DNA of 64,000 bases from an uncultured delta proteobacterium. Its GTDB lineage: Bacteria; Myxococcota; Myxococcia; Myxococcales; Anaeromyxobacteraceae. This document shows, in pieces, positions 62,568-64,000 of this stretch. Position 1 is the first letter of the stretch. Every line of letters begins with the position of its first letter. Under the pieces are notes generated by a model. The model ran no database searches, was not told the DNA's origin, and worked only from the letters and a program-made list of their open reading frames with translations. The position numbers and the translations under genes were made by a program. The stretch spans positions 94,920 to 158,919 of the forward strand of contig CAWHDY010000001.1 of NCBI GenBank assembly GCA_963828235.1, read 5' to 3'.

Positions 62568-63662
62568 TCAGGCGCCGGGTGGAGCGCGGCGCACTGAGGG
62601 CTGCGGGTTCGGGTCGGCGGCCGGGGTCACCGCGGCGGCCGCCTGGGCGAGGAGCGACTCGGACGGCGCCACCGCCTTCGCGATCTCGTCGGTGAAGTGG
62701 GTGCCGGCGGCGTCTCCCGCGCGGCGGATCGCGTTCTCGATCGCGAGGGCGTCGGAGCTGCCGTGCCCGATGACCCCCACGCCGTTGACCCCCACGAGCG
62801 GCGCGCCTCCGACCTCGCGCCAGTCCATGCGCTGCTTCATCGCCTCGAGCGCGGCCTTCGAGAGGAGCCCGCCGATCTTCGCGCGCGTCGAGCTGTAGAG
62901 CGCGCGCTTCAGGAGCTCGCCGACGACCTTCGCGGTCCCCTCCATGGTCTTCAGCGCGACGTTCCCGGTGAAGCCGTCGGTCGCGATCACGTCGAACTCG
63001 CCGGTGAGGAGATCTCGCCCCTCGCAGTAGCCGACGAAGTCGATGTCGGAGCGGCGGAGCGCGGCGGCGGCGGTCCGCGTCAGCTCCGTCCCCTTCGACT
63101 CCTCCTCGCCGTTCGAGAGGATCGCGACCCGCGGGCGCGCGACGCCGTAGACCCGGCGCGCGTACGTCTCGCCCATGAGCGCGAACTGCACGAGGTGGAT
63201 GGGCTTCGCGTCCACGACCGCGCCCATGTCGAGCATGATCGGCGTGCCCTTCAGCGCGGGCAGCGGGGTGATGATCGCCGGGCGCTCGACCCCGTCCGGC
63301 CGGCCGAGGACGAAGATGGCGCCGGCCATCACCGCGCCGGAGTTGCCGGCGGACACCATCGCGCAGGCCTGCTTCGAGGCGACGAGCTCGAAGCAGACGC
63401 GGATGGAGTTGTCCTTCTTGCGGCGCATCGCCTGGCCGGGGTGGTCGTGCATCTCGACCACCTCGGTCGCGTTGCGCACCTCGATCGGGAGGGACTGGCC
63501 CGCGTGGTGGCGCCGCAGCTCGTCGCGGACGCGCTCCTCGGGGCCGACCAGGATGACGGGCCGGCCCTTGCGCGCCGCGTCAATCGCGCCCTGCACGATC
63601 GCGCCGGGGGCGTGATCTCCCCCCATCGCGTCGACGGCGACGGGCGCGATCGGCTCGATCAC
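62568..63662 (-). CDS. plsX: Phosphate acyltransferase PlsX
   Basis: AVDAMGGDHAP, VSAGNSGA, GVERPAI, LDMGA, DGFTGNVALK, GHGSS. Confidence 0.97.
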   Translation of the reverse strand: MIEPIAPVAVDAMGGDHAPGAIVQGAIDAARKGRPVILVGPEERVRDELRRHHAGQSLPIEVRNATEVVEMHDHPGQAMRRKKDNSIRVCFELVASKQACAMVSAGNSGAVMAGAIFVLGRPDGVERPAIITPLPALKGTPIMLDMGAVVDAKPIHLVQFALMGETYARRVYGVARPRVAILSNGEEESKGTELTRTAAAALRRSDIDFVGYCEGRDLLTGEFDVIATDGFTGNVALKTMEGTAKVVGELLKRALYSSTRAKIGGLLSKAALEAMKQRMDWREVGGAPLVGVNGVGVIGHGSSDALAIENAIRRAGDAAGTHFTDEIAKAVAPSESLLAQAAAAVTPAADPNPQPSVRRAPPGA

Positions 63663-63666
63663 GGTG

Positions 63667-63846
63667 CTACTTCGCCTCGGTGATCTGCTCGCCCTTGTAC
63701 GTGCCGCACGACGGACACGCGCGGTGCGCGAGGACCGGCTCCTTGCACTTCGGGCACTTCGTCACGTTCGCCGGCTTCAGCTTGAAGTTCGCCGCGCGGC
63801 GGCGGTCGCGCCGCATGCTGCTCGTCCGCTTCTTGGGGAGACCCAC
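63667..63846 (-). CDS. rpmF: 50S ribosomal protein L32 (zinc-ribbon, 4-Cys form); not in the ORF track
   Basis: GTG start after AGGAG; MGLPKKRTSSMRRDRRR...CPKCKEPVLAHRACPSCGTYKG (59 aa). Confidence 0.95.
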   Translation of the reverse strand: MGLPKKRTSSMRRDRRRAANFKLKPANVTKCPKCKEPVLAHRACPSCGTYKGEQITEAK

Positions 63847-63877
63847 GTCGTGCTCCTTTGCTCGGCCCTCGGGCCGG

Positions 63878-64000
63878 CTACAGCTTGATGTTCTTCAGCC
63901 CCGCCCAGCGCGGGTCGGGGACGTGGCGATCGCAGCCGCAGTCCCGCTCGTTGAGGTTCGCCCCGCAGACGGAGCAGAGCCCCTTGCAGCCCTCGTCACA
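63878..64000 (-). CDS. yceD: YceD/DUF177 protein, C-terminal fragment
   Basis: CDEGCKGLCSVCGANLNERDCGC...DPRWAGLKNIKL*; upstream of rpmF. Confidence 0.9.
   Translation of the reverse strand, partial: CDEGCKGLCSVCGANLNERDCGCDRHVPDPRWAGLKNIKL

Overview
Very GC-rich bacterial chromosomal segment, inferred to be Myxococcota (Anaeromyxobacter-like) from AglU/AglZ/TsaP-like genes, a TIGR02266-type PilZ domain and overall gene order. It is mostly core genome, about 55 CDS: trmFO-aglU, tsaP-dprA-topA, aglZ-pgeF-cpoB, phoH-HD-ybeY-RHH-lnt-prfB (programmed frameshift), mazG, rpsT, leuS-lptE, asnS, a receptor-less chemosensory cluster, glyA-nrdR-rib-nusB and the yceD-rpmF-plsX-fab cluster. I found no rRNA, tRNA, CRISPR array, transposase or prophage gene. 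At least nine 1-2 nt indels split otherwise intact genes, including fabD, so most are probably assembly errors. Best leads: (1) a DARS-like triple DnaA-box core plus a ~190 nt highly base-paired element between mazG and rpsT; (2) a PimA-like GT4 plus a deacetylase-flippase fusion inserted after fabF, a possible cationic glycolipid pathway; (3) a DUF4388-TM-pseudopilin-like protein paired with a TPR/Cys6 membrane protein; (4) a che operon with no MCP or CheB but with an ExeA-type ATPase and a HEAT protein; (5) repeated leaderless-type promoters. All family calls come from reading motifs by eye; no database search was run.
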